Assembly (NCBI GenBank): GCA_013239625.1
Contig: MU056550.1
Coordinates: 496,001-560,000, forward strand
Origin: Lama guanicoe
Taxonomy: Eukaryota
Reading direction: 5' to 3'
DNA length: 64,000 nucleotides
This document shows positions 15,706 to 31,484 of this stretch, piece after piece. The position numbers and the translations under genes are program-made. Every line of letters begins with the position of its first letter. The first letter of the stretch is position 1. The notes below the pieces were generated by a model that did no database searches, was not told the origin of the DNA, and saw only the letters and a program-made list of their open reading frames with translations.

Positions 15706-16414
15706 CCCCAAAACAGCAGACATTTCTAATCGGAACCACAAATAAACCTCAGATAGTGCTCAAAATTGGGGCACAGCATGAGGAGGGTGCCCCCTTTTCC
15801 CACTTCCATGCTCCACCTCTGGCATCTGCTGCTCCCAGCCCCCCTGCCCAGCCAGCCCTAATTAAGCCTGCAGCCCCCACCCCCAGATTTAGCTCTGCCC
15901 CATTTAACCTTCTGCTGTGAGCCTTTTCCATCATAAAAGTCTTTGAAAACATTTTCAATGGCTGCATTATAGTCCACCGTATGGCTGTGGCATAATGTAA
16001 CCGCTCCCACATCGCAGGACATTTGAGCTTGTCTTGCAGCCAAATTGGGAGGCAATGAAGCTGCCATGGGACATCTCTGCAGCCTCCGTGCCGCTGGCCT
16101 TTCCGGAGAGAAAGCGCTTGGCACTTCGGTCAGAAAAGTACAGCCAGATATCCTCAAACTCACCTCTCTGCACGTCCAGGAGAGGACGGAGAAAACCGTT
16201 CCTGCCAACAGGTCCCTGACCTCCACAGGCCGGGGTTGGCTGAAACGCCATCTGATCTCACATCCACCAGATCTCAACACTGGAGGCGGAATTCACTTCT
16301 TTCACTCACTAAACAGTTGGAAAAGACGACTGATCACCAGGATGCAGATGTGTGAAGAACGTGGACCAGGCCTGGGCATGGCCGAGCCAATGCCTCCAAG
16401 CTGGCCCTCTAGGA

Positions 16415-16607
16415 GAGTGGTTCTCGATGGAGGGCTCCGCAGGGGACCCCAGCGATGTCTGGAGACAGTCACAGCTAAGTGGGGGGCTCTACTGGCACGC
16501 AGCGGGCAGAGCCCAGAGATGCTGCTAAGCATCCTATGATGTACCAACAGGTTTCCAAACAACTACCCGACCTGCAATGTCGACAGTGGCAAGGGTGAGA
16601 AGTCCTG
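16415..16607 (+). mobile_element. MER20 (hAT-Charlie MITE)
   Basis: agtggttctc...gatgtctggagaca...gatgctgctaagcatccta...; 8-bp TSD-like ctctagga / ccctagag. Confidence 0.75.
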
Positions 16608-18019
16608 CCCTAGAGTGAGGTCAGGGTCCCAGGCCAAGCTTCCACTGGGACCACCCAAAAGGCTTGAGTCCAAGTCATACCAATAACCACAGGGCAGGAC
16701 GAGGGAGAAGGGATGAAAGACATTGTGGGAATCAAAGGCTCACTCTGCTGGGTAGATGGTGGTTTTACTTGGAAGCATCCTTGCCCTTCCTGGAATCCCC
16801 CAATTCCAGAACCAGGACACAGGTCGACTTCGGTCGCAGTTTTGCCAAGGCATCTCTGGGGATGGCCCTGAGGACTGCCGCCTCCCAAAGAGATCCACAG
16901 AGACCACCCTCCACCCCAGAGCATCCTACCCACAGCCATGAAGCCCCACCCCAGTCGTAGCGTCCCCGCCCCCTGCCACACAGTCAGTAGCTCCCTCTTA
17001 TCCACCGAAAAACATCTGGACTTTTGAGGCAGGCATCCAAGGCTCGTTGCAGTCCCTTCCCTACTTTCACAGGGGACCACAGAGCTCTGCACTCCCGACA
17101 AGCTGGCTGCCTCCCCGTCACCTCGCCCCTACTCAACCATTGCCCAGTTTTGGGACGCACTCCTCACATCCCTCATCCTCCAGATCTAACCCTTCCAAAA
17201 AGTTGCAGCCCTCCTCCTTCAACCTCCCTCCAAGTCTCCTTCATCCCCACCAGGCACTGACCTTCCTCTGCCATGGGTCACAGTCACCCAGTTCCTGTCC
17301 TGGCCCCAGGAGTGAGCTCCACCTCACGAGGAGGGTGACACTCCCCGTAAGTGTCAGCATATGTGTTTGGCCCTGTTCCACTGAGTGTGTCCTGCCAAGA
17401 CCCGCTTTCAACCTGAAAGTTGGAAATAGTGACTCTGCTCCTCACAGCTGCAAAACTCTGTGGATCTAAACAATGAGACTCAAGGAAGCAGCCGCCGTCC
17501 CAGCCCCATCCGACAATACAGGGGAGGCCGGGATAGGAGCCAGGCTGACAGCACAGACTCCTATGCCTGTAGGACAAAGGCCACTCGCTGAGAACCTTGG
17601 ATGCCCCGGCATCCTTGTTCTGACCTGAACAACTCGCAGCATCACTGGCCAGAGCCGAACAAGTAACGGGTCCTTGAAGTGCATCTCGAGGGGAGACGTA
17701 CAAAGCTCTAAGATGTATAGGGGCATAAGATACTAAGAGCAAGCAGGCATCTTTCCTCACATGCTCCAATGTGAGACTGCAGGAGCCTGGATTTGTGCCT
17801 GTAAATATGAAGAAAGGCTGGAAATAGGAGTTGAAGAGCTTAAAATCTTCAGGTTTTGTATCTATAACCACAAGGCAGAATTCTCTGGGCCCTGATGGGC
17901 TGCCCCAGGGGAGGTGCCCCCCTACCCCAGGCCAAAATACTGAGGCATCGACCAGGGATGCTGTTTTGAAGCCAACCTCCCTTAAAGAGGAGTCACAGGA
18001 GTCCCTGGTTTCCCTCTTA

Positions 18020-18615
18020 CTTGGAGCCAGCAGAGGCATAAAATTAACTCCACCTTTGCCAAGGGCAGCCTGGCAAAGTTTACTCTCATGACAAGGACAT
18101 ACAGCCTTTGACCCCAGCACCTCCTATAAGTTTTATCTGGCAGATCCGCCAAGACAAAACAACCCACCTACAAGGATAGTCATTGCAGCCTTGTTTGTAA
18201 AAGCAAAAGACTGGAAACAACCTAAATGCTTAACAGCAGGGGATTGGTTAAATAAATTATAGGACATCCATGTAAGGGAATAAAAGAGTGGGAAAGCGCT
18301 TTCTGTGCCAGTCTGGAGCAACCTCCGAGATAGACTGTTGCAGGAAAGGCATGAGGGGCAGGGTAGTGTGTGTGGCTCGTTACCATCTGTGGGGTTTGAA
18401 AGGCATCATGACTCTGTAAAGGAATAACCGCTTGAATATTCATAGACTCTCTGAGAGTGGACTCGGGAGGTCTGGCCCATCAGCTGCGTCCAAGGAGGGA
18501 CACCGAGCGGACGACACACAGGGGAGAAAGGAAGGCTTGCCTTTCGACACCCTTTGGGTATCTCTTTACTGTGTTCCGTGTGAGGCTATTATCCATTGAA
18601 AATAACTTAAAGGAC
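18020..18615 (+). mobile_element. Old L1 (L1ME-like) fragment
   Basis: cattgcagccttgtttgtaaaagcaaaagactggaaacaacctaaatg...ggggattggttaaataaattat. Confidence 0.65.
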
Positions 18616-19484
18616 CAAAGTCGCACTCCCTTTCCTCTTGTTTCTTCTGTCTCCTGTCTCCCCCTCGGCCACTCAGCCGGCTGTCCCCTTCCCCATCCCC
18701 GCTGATGTCACACAGAGAGGCAGCAGCATAAAAAGCACGGGTGTGTGGTGTCAAGAGTGGCATGGAAAGCCAGCGGCTCCGTGCCCGAGCGTGAGAGCTC
18801 TCACTCCCGCAAACCTGCACCGGCCCTGCTGCAGGAAGGGGCCCGACCATCCCCCCTCACGGAGCGCTGGGAGGATCAGAGCCCACCACGGGAGGGACGG
18901 CAGCCGCTGCCCAGCGTCCAGCACGCAGGCGGACACCTCCACGTCATGGCCCGAGGAGACCAGCCTTCAGCAGGTCCAGACCAGCTGAGTTCCTCTGACT
19001 GCAGCGGGAGGCTCTCCAGGGAGCCGCCCTGAACTGCAGGTGTAAAGGAAGCCCAGACAGGGCGGCTTGCTTCCCTGCGTGTGTGAGCAGGTGTCCCAGC
19101 CGCCTCTACCGGGCTCTGCCCCCACTAGGGGGAGAGGGGAGGAAGGGGTCCTGGGGCCGGATGTCCGTGAATCAACAGTCTTCTCGGCTTCCAGCATTGT
19201 GTCTTGTAAGCCCTGACGCCCAAAACATCCTTGGCAGTGGCTTCGGAAGTGCTGGAGATGTAAGAGCCACTTCAAAGGCTGCGCTTGCAAGAGGAAAGCA
19301 CGTATGAAAAAGGCTTTGTCTGCTCCCTCCTCCAAGGGAAGCATCTCAGGGGGGTCGAGAACACAGAGCAGACGGAGGGCAGGGGCGGTGAGACAGAGGG
19401 TGGGCTCCTTCGTGTCCAAACACACCTGCTTTCACTGAAGCCCACGTCCTGCACCCTTCAAACCACCAGCAGGCTACAGAGCGA

Positions 19485-19695
19485 GGCAGAGTTCAAATCC
19501 TGGCTCTCCCCATTCCTGGCTGTGTGATCTCAGGCAGAACTCTCAAGTTCTCTCTGCCTGTTTCCTCACCTGCAAAATGCAGTCAAATCATAACACCCAC
19601 CCCATACGATTGTCAAGAGGATTAAGTGGGATTAACACCTGTGAAGTTGGACTAGAATCTGGCGTGGAATAAACGATCGGTACCTGTTAGCAGCT
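19485..19695 (+). mobile_element. MIR SINE
   Basis: gttcaaatcctggctct...gctgtgtgatctcaggca...gtttcctcacctgcaaaatg...gaggattaa. Confidence 0.75.
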
Positions 19696-20518
19696 GTTGA
19701 TAACCAAACCACCACCGCCACCATCATCATCATCACCGCCAAAGCCCTTCTCTCTCCTAGCCCCACTCTGTTATGCTGCCAGTATCACAGTCCCATCAAG
19801 GCTACTGAACCCCAGCACGTAGCAGCAGCCCCAAACCCCAGCCTACTGCCACCCAGGGCCATTCCTAGGGCCATAGCATCCAGCCCAATCTGGAGATGGC
19901 AGGACTCCAGCCCCAGACCTCGATGCTCTTCAGCAGCCTGCTGGTCCCGCCAGCCTCCCTTCACACCCTGCCTGGGTCCTGCCTGGATCCTGCCTTTGAC
20001 AAGCCTTGTCTGGCCTTGACCAACTTTTCCCACCCTAGAGCCGACAGGCGATGCAGGGACAATGGCCTTTGGTGCCCAGCCTGGACTCCGCACAGTCACA
20101 CTCCACTCCTCGGCCCAGGCTGAACCAAAGGTACATGTGTGACTTCAGCCCCCAGAGTCGGATTCACAGCCCAATGCTGTCGCACAAAGAACAGAAAATC
20201 CATCAGCATGCCCCAAGTCCCCAGCCAGCATCTTCTTGCTTCCAAACCAAGTCAATTTAATATCTGACACTTGCGCCCAGAGCTCACATCAGGAAAGGCA
20301 CAATTCTTTCAGCTTTACCACCTTCGCTGACAATTCCTGACCCAGCCTCGGATCACCGAGTTAGTGGGCTCCGTGCCGGCACCCTCTGAGACTCGGCTGC
20401 ATCTCCTGCGGCGCTCCCACCCCGCCCTCCTCACCTCCCACCCAGGCTCGGAGAACAGACACCTGCAGCCCCCTCTCTGAGACCGCCACGCACGCTGGAA
20501 GGTGAAAGGACATGGCTA

Positions 20519-20791
<273 letters not shown>

Positions 20792-22548
20792 TCAGAGAGA
20801 GCAAACTGCCTGGAGAGGCTGTGGTCAAGCCAAGCTCCTGAGAGAAATCAGGCACCAGGCCCTTGGTCACCCAGGGGCACTGACAAGGGGCCGCTTGGCT
20901 GGGACTGAGCTCATGCCTTGCTTCTCCCGTCAGCCCTCAGGGAACAGTGTCCATCCTCCTTTCCATCCCTTCCTTCCACGAATCCAGATTGTGTATCCAT
21001 CATGTGCTGCATTAGGGGACCCGAGAGACCATGATATTCTGGAAAGTTCTGCCCAAGCATGCTGGAAAAGAGACGTGGATTCTGAAATCTGAAATCCCGC
21101 CACCTTCCCTCTTGCTGTGCCGTCGAGTCACACCGCAACTGCTCTCTCTCTGATCTTGAACTCTCACCAATTTCTAGGAATACTCCTCACCCTTGTGGTA
21201 CCAAGGAAGCCTCCTGCCAAACTGTTCTTCAGCCTTCTGGTGGAAAAGTCCAGCCCTCTAGTTGGCTTCCTTGGTGCTGAACAAACCTTCTGGAATGTTC
21301 TGACACCAACTGCTCCTATCTCTTCCAGACTCATCCAAGTTTCTCTAGCTGGCATCCTGATTCACATCCCATTCTCCTTCTAACACATGTCCCGGGATTC
21401 TTGGCCTGCCACACGTCTGGGCCAGCAGCAGAAACCCGCTCGCCAGTCAGCACCATGGCAGGAGGGCTCTCTGCCTGCAAAACTGCCAAGCAGGAGCAAC
21501 CTCCGGGTCTGGAAACCCATCCAATCGACCATGGCACCAGTGGTCTGGGTGTCAGGGAATGGACCTATTAGGACAGATAAAGGAAAGCAGCCTGGTGCTG
21601 GGAAAACAGTCCAGGCCGGGTATCCTAATGGCCCAGCACAGAGTATCTGTTCTGTTAAAGGTCTCATTAGTGAATCCATAAAGAGTGTGTTGTCAGAGTC
21701 TCTACCCCTGTCCCCATTCCCCCATGTGGAGCCCTTGTTCCCAAACACATCTTGTCTGAATACAGGAAGCACTTAGGCAGCCTAGCTGCTCGGGTCTGAG
21801 CACCAAGACACCTTTCTCATCACCCTGACCCTATAGACAGTGGCCAGGGTTGGCTTTGAAACTCACCCCTGCTTCTCACAGCTGGGCTTCCGTTCTGCTT
21901 GGCAAACTCATTCATCCCTAGGAAAGCTCTCCCAGAAACCCCTCTGCAGTCTTAGCTTCTGACCTGACACCTCTTTCTCTGAGCTCTGCCCAGTTCTCAA
22001 ACTAAGCCATCAGCTCTCCTGAAGCCCTGGTCCATGGCCAGAGGCAGCTGAGTTCATGAGTTGATGGACCTGGGTGCTGGGCTGTCCCTCCATCATCTGC
22101 CATCCTACCCTTGCCAGTGGTGGGGAGCGGTCTCCCACATCCTGACTTATTCCCAGCCTGGCCCCTCTCAGTCAGGAAGAGGGTGGTCCCCAATGTGTGC
22201 AAATGTACACAGCCATATTATTCTATAAAGGGAGAATTTCATAATTACATAAAGTGGATCTGGGTCTTGTTATCTTGCAAGAGGACAAATCTGAGTTTCC
22301 CATGCATTGAGCTGGGCCCCCTCAGTTGTCATCTCAATTTGATAGCATGCTCAGCTGAAATTCTGGGAGGTTCCATCTTGCTGTCTGACACATCAGCTGA
22401 CTCTCCCTCATGGTTGATTATTTCCTTCTGAGTTCTGTAATTGTGAATTACAAACTCATCTTCAGTGAAAATTTATCTGTGGGAACTCTTTATACCTGGG
22501 TTGGCGGCTGAGAGAGATTTTGTATTTGCCTCTATTAGTACTCCAGAC

Positions 22549-22731
22549 NNNNNNNNNNNNNNNNNNNNNNNNNNNNNNNNNNNNNNNNNNNNNNNNNNNN
22601 NNNNNNNNNNNNNNNNNNNNNNNNNNNNNNNNNNNNNNNNNNNNNNNNNNNNNNNNNNNNNNNNNNNNNNNNNNNNNNNNNNNNNNNNNNNNNNNNNNNN
22701 NNNNNNNNNNNNNNNNNNNNNNNNNNNNNNN
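22549..22731. other. Assembly gap (183 N)
   Basis: N run abutting a SINE. Confidence 1.
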
Positions 22732-22790
22732 GGGGCTAGAACCCAGGATTGAACCTAGTGCTCTATCACTGAGCTATTACCCTCCTCCCC
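22732..22790 (-). mobile_element. tRNA-derived SINE 5' part (3' end in N gap)
   Basis: Reverse complement GGGGAGGAGGGTAATAGCTCAGTGATAGAGCACTAGGTTCAATCCTGGGTTCTAGCCCC. Confidence 0.7.
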
Positions 22791-23535
22791 AGAGCAGATT
22801 TTCATCTTGGCACTTTCAGGATTGGGCACGTAGCATAAATCTGAACCTCAACACTCATATAAATGCAGGCCTGCAATGATAAATTCTCAGGTTATAAATT
22901 CTTAGGAAATCTTTTTTTCACCTGAAGTTCAGGTCAGAACAGACAAGTTTTTCTATCTCCCTGAACTGGTAGGTGGTATTTTTTTTTAATTCTAAAATTT
23001 CACTGATTTATACTTCAGTGAAACTGGATTCATCTTTGCGTAGAGGTTGCCATCCAACTTCCCAGCCTGACAGGCTCAAAGCCTCCTTTTCTGTCCTGCT
23101 TGGACACTGAAACCTAAGCCATGTGGCCAGCAAGACCAGCAGCTTCCCCCTGAGGAGACCCTGAGCTGTAGAGCATCTTCTCTGACCCTCATCTCTTCAT
23201 TTATTGCTTCCTTCCTGGAGCCAGAGATTTCCTTACTTTCTTGTTAGTTCAGCTCTGCATTTAAAACAACATTTGTTCAACTTGACCCAGCATTTCTGGC
23301 TGCTTTATGGCTAGGAAACTTTCAGACTAGCTGGTCTGTCCCATTGCCAGAAATTATAGTCTGCCTCTGTACTTTACAAAATAGACTGGAACCCAGAGAG
23401 GGGAAGCAAGCTGCCAGAGGCCACACAGCATGTCTGACACACACTGAGACCTAGACCCTGGGCCCCCGATTAGTTTCTCTCTCCTGCAGAGGACAAAGAA
23501 AGATGTGCCTCAGCTGTGAACTCAAGCAAACTTTA

Positions 23536-24120
<585 letters not shown>

Positions 24121-24218
24121 TCAGCCCAAGAATCACCCCGGGGGGTATCACTCCCACTTCCTGGGGCTGTATCTTCACCTTATTTCCAGTGGAGTCGATG
24201 TTCAGGGCCCCAGACTTA

Positions 24219-24425
<207 letters not shown>

Positions 24426-27400
24426 CTAAGGCACTTGTCGGAGGAGCCCTGGGGATGAGGCTGTGGTCTAACCGTCCCTGTGGTGCTTCTGGACACTTCC
24501 ACCTTGTTCTCTCCCTGCCCCTTTTCTTAATGGCCCACTGTCCCCCTAGACACACAGCTGGGAGCCTGGCCTGAGCCAAAATCCCACTTTCTTCCACCAA
24601 CCTCAATGCATCAAGTCTGCCTGGTTTAATTGCTTCCCTTGGACACCCTCCTCTCCATCCCCTCTCTTTCTCGGCTCTGCCTCCACAAATGTCCCGATAG
24701 GCAGGTTCTGTTACCTCCTTGTGATCCAGAGGGAATAAATTCGTTATGGGAAGTCTGATCTTACCCAATCTAAAGATCTGGCAAACAGAGAGATTATTTT
24801 TTTCCAGAAAAAAATCTACCATCCCAGGAGGGAGGAAGCCCCCCCTCGCTGGCGGTGTATAAGCGGCATCTGTTAACATGTAGGAGAGCTGTCCCACGTG
24901 GGAATCATTAGGACCAAGGGACCGCTGAGTGCTTGCCTGTTCGGGTATCTCTGGCTCATCCCTGGAAGGGGGCCCTGGGGGACAAGAGTCCACAAAGCAG
25001 TGGTGGTGCTGATGCAACTGTGCGCACGCCAGTGGGATTCGGCAACGTCCCTGCCCTATCACCCCAAGAGAGGGAGGTGCCTCCCTGAGATGCCGGAGAA
25101 GCCTGGAGAACTCACATACTAAGCAAGGGCGGTAGGTGTGTAAATGTCACACACACCATGGCGTGTTAGAGGAACCGCGCATCGGGAGTTTGCAAACACG
25201 CCGTCACGTGGTCCTGAGCTGTGAATGCACGCCCACGCTAGCTGTGCCGAGATCCGGATCTGGCACCCGTGATGAAGATGCTGCCCGTCTCCAGGGGAGC
25301 GTCTGTGCCCAGCCCCAGGGATCTCCAGCGGCCCCTGGGCAGCACACCGCCGCCTCCGGAGGTTAGGCTGTCTCTGGGAAGCAGCACACCCAAGGCGTCC
25401 CAGCAGCCTGCCAGCTCTCAAACAGCTTTGCGGTGAGGAGTAATGATCTTGCCTGCAGGTCCAGGAGCTCCCTGATCTGGTGAGACTGGCTTTTTATTCC
25501 TGCCAAGAACCTGGCCCAAAGCAGCAGCTCAGGGCCACCCGCTGGGCGGTTTGGAGGGGAGGGTCCTCCAGCTTTCATTCCTGGGCCCCAACCAGGAAGC
25601 GGTGTTCCTGAGTGTGAACACCATGCTTAAATCTGTCTCTGACCTTGACTAAATCGGCTCGACATTCTGTGCCTCGGTTGCCCCTACTGTCAAATGGATA
25701 AATGCACCCCTCCCCCTCCACTTGTCCCAGGTCACTTCTCCTGCCCATGTTCGAACGTGTCCCTGCTCCCTCCCTCACGTCCATGCTTTGCTTCCTACCT
25801 GATCTTGACGGCTTAGAGCCCTGGCCACTCCAGCCCATTATGGCCTCTCCTGTCTCTGGATTCTTAGATTGAATGTCTGAAAAACTTGCTGACACCCAAA
25901 TCCTTATCACTAACTATTGTTGTTGAAAATCTTTTATACCCGCGTGTCCTGTCTCTGCAACAGGATTTAAGGCTCGTTAAGAGCCAGGACCACAACTTCA
26001 ACTTAGCTGGTGACTCCCCAGGTCAGGCAAGATGTCAACAATCAGCATCTACTTGCCAGCAGGGGGTCAGAGCTCCTAAAATGCTGGCATCCTTTGAAAA
26101 TGCAAAAGCAGGAGCAGAGAGCCCAAGTGCAAGGAGGGGCTGGTCCTTGGCTACACCAATGTGCAATTCCCAGGGCCCCGGGTTGAGAAAGGCAAGGCAG
26201 AGGAAGATGGCTAAGATGGCGGGAGACTGGACTCTCCGTCATGCCAAGAATGGCTGAAGACCCGGAGACCTCAGGTTAGACAACACCAGGGCTGCAGAGA
26301 GAGCAACAGTCACCTTCTCAGCATCTGCCAGGGGGTCTCACCCCCTTCTAGGCAATGAACCTCTTGAGGTCACCTTCACTGGCGATGCCCATCAGCACAC
26401 ACGTGGTCCACATCCAGTGTCCCAGTGTCCCCCCACAGACACAGGCTCCATCCCTCATTGTGGGACCCCAGACACCCGTGTCCCACAAGCTTCTCTCTCT
26501 TTATCTAAGTCTCAGGACTATCGGCACCAGAAAGCTTTCACTCAGGTTGGTGAGAATCAGTTGCTCCCCTCAGCTTGCCCACTTAGTGAAAGAAGACAAA
26601 TATTTGAGAAATTTCTGATGTGTGTTGCTCAGCAAAGAGGAAGTTCTGTTACAGCTTTCAGGTAAACATCAGGAGCACAAGCTCAGGGGTTGTTAAACAT
26701 GTATCACTGGTGACGGGAAATTAACCAGAAGGGTCTAAAGGTGCCTGGGCTCGAGACCCCTGAAGGCTGAGACTGGCACATAGCGTTCTGGGGGCTCCAC
26801 TTCGAGCTGGCTGTGTGACCTGGCATGTGCAGCCTCGCTTTCCCAAGCCTCCACTTCCCCATCTGTAAAATGGGGTTAGGGTCCCACGGAATTCATGGAG
26901 TGGTCGTGAGAATTCCATGAGGTCCCACGCCGGCAGTGTGTCTAATGCAGTCGTGGCATGGAGGACGGGGCTCAGTGGTAACTGTTTTTATTGTTACTAT
27001 ATCCTCATTAATAATCAACATTTCTAGATTACTTCCCTGAAATGCAAGCCTTTCATCATGAAAATGGTGATGGCACGGCTGACATCATAAGGCTGTCTGA
27101 ACCTCTGTCTGAAGATTAAATTACGTGCGATAACAGATGTACATCTAGGCAGAACAGTGCCTGGCACAAAACAGATGCTCAGATAAGTAACAGCTATTAT
27201 TATTCTGATCTGACACACTAACCCAGGGCCGAGGGTGACTATGGCTCTGTAAATATTAGCTGAATAATGAACGCATGAGTAAGAGAGAAAGAAATGGTTC
27301 CGAGCAGGCAGGCTCGCAAAACGAGCAGCAGCTCGCTGGCTACCAGCTGGCCATCGGATGGAACTGACCGGTCTGGAGGGGACGCCCACGCCTGGCTGGC

Positions 27401-27682
27401 CCCGTCTCAGTTTGTAGCGAGGGCCTGAGCCGCAGATGCCTCCCTCTCTGTGAGGAGGCGGTGAGCCCTTTTTTTCCTGGAAAAATAATGAATGGCTTTT
27501 CTAACTCCCTGACAGAGGCGAGAATGTGCAGAAAAGAAAGGACTTCCCAGGGATGTGCTGGGACACATTCCGAGGCGGATTTATTACTTTCGGCTGAAAC
27601 GGAGGCGATGCATTATTGTCTGTGACTCCACATCTGTTCATTTGCACATCAAAATGGACATGCCGTGAGGCTATTAACGATG

Positions 27683-27838
27683 NNNNNNNNNNNNNNNNNN
27701 NNNNNNNNNNNNNNNNNNNNNNNNNNNNNNNNNNNNNNNNNNNNNNNNNNNNNNNNNNNNNNNNNNNNNNNNNNNNNNNNNNNNNNNNNNNNNNNNNNNN
27801 NNNNNNNNNNNNNNNNNNNNNNNNNNNNNNNNNNNNNN
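27683..27838. other. Assembly gap (156 N)
   Basis: N run. Confidence 1.
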
Positions 27839-29369
27839 CCTCCTGCAGCTTCCGAGGCTCACAGGATCCCCTTGCAGGAGGATGGCGGGCTGCCCGGGCC
27901 GCAAAGAGACGCTGTCTTTGTCTGCGGCCCCAGCAGCTGTCCCGAGGGCCAGCCTGCGGGCTCCTCCCCACCAGGGAGGCCCACCTGGCTGTGCAGGGCC
28001 CACGGAAAGAGGGGAAGGGGGCTCCCAGAGGGTTTTCAGGTCACTGCCACCTCTCCCTGCTTTCTCTGAAGATCCCCAGCCACGTGACACCACGGCCTCT
28101 CCCAGAGTGCAAGTTCTACCTCCAGTCCTGGGAGATGTTCAATATATCCAGTGACCTATGGGGTAGGGGACAGTGACCCATCAGAACTGTCACCATTTTA
28201 TACCAGAACTTGGTTTTCCTGCGGGACCAGGCATTAACCCTTCACTGACTAGGTCTGGGGATCACCGGAGAGGGTCAGCTAGAGTGAAGAATTCAGCTCG
28301 GGGGCTCAGGGCAGGAGCTGTTTCATTATTTTAATGAGAAAGAACACACTGGTGTTGAATGGGTGACTTATCTGTCCTGTTCACATCTCACTGTCATCTC
28401 TTCAGTTTTCATCATAGCTCCTTCCATAGATTCTGTAAGTGATGACTCAAGTAAAGGGGTGCCCACTGGTTTCTCTGGATGTACAGACTCTACATCTACA
28501 GCTAAAACCAGGTCACCCTGAATCCTCACATCTGCTGGCCAGTCACCCCAAAGCCAGATTACAAAGAACCTGTCACCTCTAATGGTCCCAAAGCTCCCTG
28601 CACATGTCTCTAATACGCCTCAGTCACACTGTGCGGGAATCATCTGGGTGCACACCTGATTCTGCCACCAGACTGAACTCCTCTAGTGCACAGTGAAGAG
28701 CACACATGGAGACTCATCCGTGGGGCCTCAATAGGTGTGGATTGAGAGCAATAAAGAGAAAATCGCAGCTAATTTGCCCATGGTCACAGAACCAATAATT
28801 GGCAATAGCAAGAGAGAAACCTAGGTCAGTTTTCAAAACTTGTGCTCTTTCCATGCCTTCTTTTCAAGAAATCCATGACAACTTTGGTCAGTCATTTACA
28901 CTTTAGTCTAAACGAGTTCCACTGGCATTGCCTGCATAGAGACCCAACTTCTTGGTGTGCAGTCTACAGCGATCATACCTATGTGAAATGAGCTGTAGAA
29001 CCAGTTCCTGAATTCTCTCTCATTCTTATATGGAAGCCTTGCTGAGGAATCCCATATAGGGCTCTGACCTAGAGGATTTCAGATGAAACTTCCTTCCATG
29101 GAAGTTTCTTTCTTGTTGAAGGCACAGTCCTCCAGTCTTCATTGTACTGGGCTTCCAGAGTTATTCTCCTAAGGCTCTTGCCTCTTCTGCTCCTATATCC
29201 TGCCACTGAGGACTCTCAGCTCCAACCACACTTCTTACAGTCAAGAGAGCAGTTTCCCTGTTATTGGTGATACAGAACCAAATGGGGTGGTGACAGGGAT
29301 GTTGAGACACTGACTGAGATCAGTCAGCACCCCACAGTGGCCATGACACTCCCTGGATGCTCAGCAGAT

Positions 29370-29708
29370 CCAGGCTAGGTTACTGGGCCCTGCACAGTCT
29401 GGATAACTCTGTGTAAGGAGCCAGGTTCTCCCCATGATGGAGCCCCAGCAGCGTGACTCTGGCAATCCTGGTTAGTGCCCTGCCCACATCTCCCAGGCCT
29501 TGCTGCCTCTAGGCTGCGCCCTGAGATGCATGCTCCACACTTGCTCCATGTCCCCACCAGCTCCGTCATGTACCCTCTCCTGACCACCTTCTCTTCCTTG
29601 TCTCACCTCCCACTCCCTACCTGTGTTCCTGGGATCACATCCTAAACAAACCACGTCCATCTGAATCCTGGTTTCAGGGTTTGCTTCCAGGGAACCCCAA
29701 CTAAGAGA
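29370..29708 (+). mobile_element. LTR16-like (ERVL) LTR remnant
   Basis: 3' end ttcctgggatcacatcctaaacaaac...tcagggtttgcttccagggaaccccaactaaga. Confidence 0.6.
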
Positions 29709-29902
29709 ATGACCTTGGGAGAATTTACTTAACACCTCCACGCCTCGGCTTCTTCACCTGTAAAACTGAGCTACAGTAATAACAGCACGTGTAAATACTG
29801 CACTGACATGCACGAGGTCACTGCTGTACCAGTTAGCTGTTGCTATTACACAGTAACAGCTGCCGGTTCCTGAGTGCCAACGAACACACGAGGCCTTCCA
29901 GC

Positions 29903-30071
29903 CCAGTGGTCCTCAGCTTGGGCACGCATCAGAGCCACCTGGAGACCTCTGGCCCCTGCTCCAGAGCTGGGGACTTGGTAACTGTGAGAGGACCCGAGAA
30001 TGTGCACTTGTAACGAGCTCCCAGGTGGTGCTAGGTGGCTGGTCTGGGTCCCCACTTTTTGAAACACCACT
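29903..30071 (-). mobile_element. MER5-like hAT MITE
   Basis: cagtggtcctca...catcagagccacctggag...taacgagctcccaggtg...cactttttgaaacaccact. Confidence 0.6.
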
Positions 30072-30397
30072 CTATATTATCGCACTGAATCTTCACCCCA
30101 ACCTTGGGGAAGGAATCTCTATCTCCGTTTCCAAGGGACCCAGAGAAGTTCAGCAACATGTCCAAGGTCACCCAAGAAGCTTGGGAATGAGCCAGGATCC
30201 AGCCGAGGTCCATCTCAGCTCTAAGATGCTCGCACATCTCAGCCTCAAGCCATGCGCATGTCCAGCTGGCAAGTGAGCAAAACTCCAAAGGGCGACCCCT
30301 CCCAGGCCCTTCCTGTCTGCAGCAGAGCAGCGGGATGAAACAGTGAATGAAGGCGACGGGCCTGCAGTGCCTACTTCTCAGGCTGCTGCCAGGGCTA

Positions 30398-31191
<794 letters not shown>

Positions 31192-31309
31192 CTGGAAAAG
31201 AAGAGAAAAAGCACTTAGATGCAATAGGAGGGTCCACCACTCCCACTGCTCCAGGGTCAGGAGCCCTGCACTCCTGTGCTCTGTTTAACAAAAGGGCCAG
31301 CTGTGTTGC

Positions 31310-31440
31310 CGGAGCACTGGACAGAGAGCTGCGTTCAAATCCCAGCTCTGCCACTGGACAGCTGTGTGACATCAGGTGGGTTACTTAACCTTTCTGGGCC
31401 TCAGTTTCCTCACCTATAAAATGAGATTAACACTATCCTG
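31310..31440 (+). mobile_element. MIR SINE
   Basis: gttcaaatcccagctctgccact...gctgtgtgac...ttacttaacc...gcctcagtttcctcacctataaaatg. Confidence 0.8.
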
Positions 31441-31484
31441 GAGCAGGAGTGAAGATCCAATAATGACAGCAGTAAGGGGGAGGA

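Noticed and set aside
17284-18120. 278-aa minus-strand ORF in intron 5
   Set aside because: Starts within an old L1 fragment; no domain; not needed for the complete WSCD1 frame.
21446-21466. RE1-like GTCAGCACCATGGCAGG in intron 4
   Set aside because: The right half lacks GGACAG and the GCC end; only a half-site.
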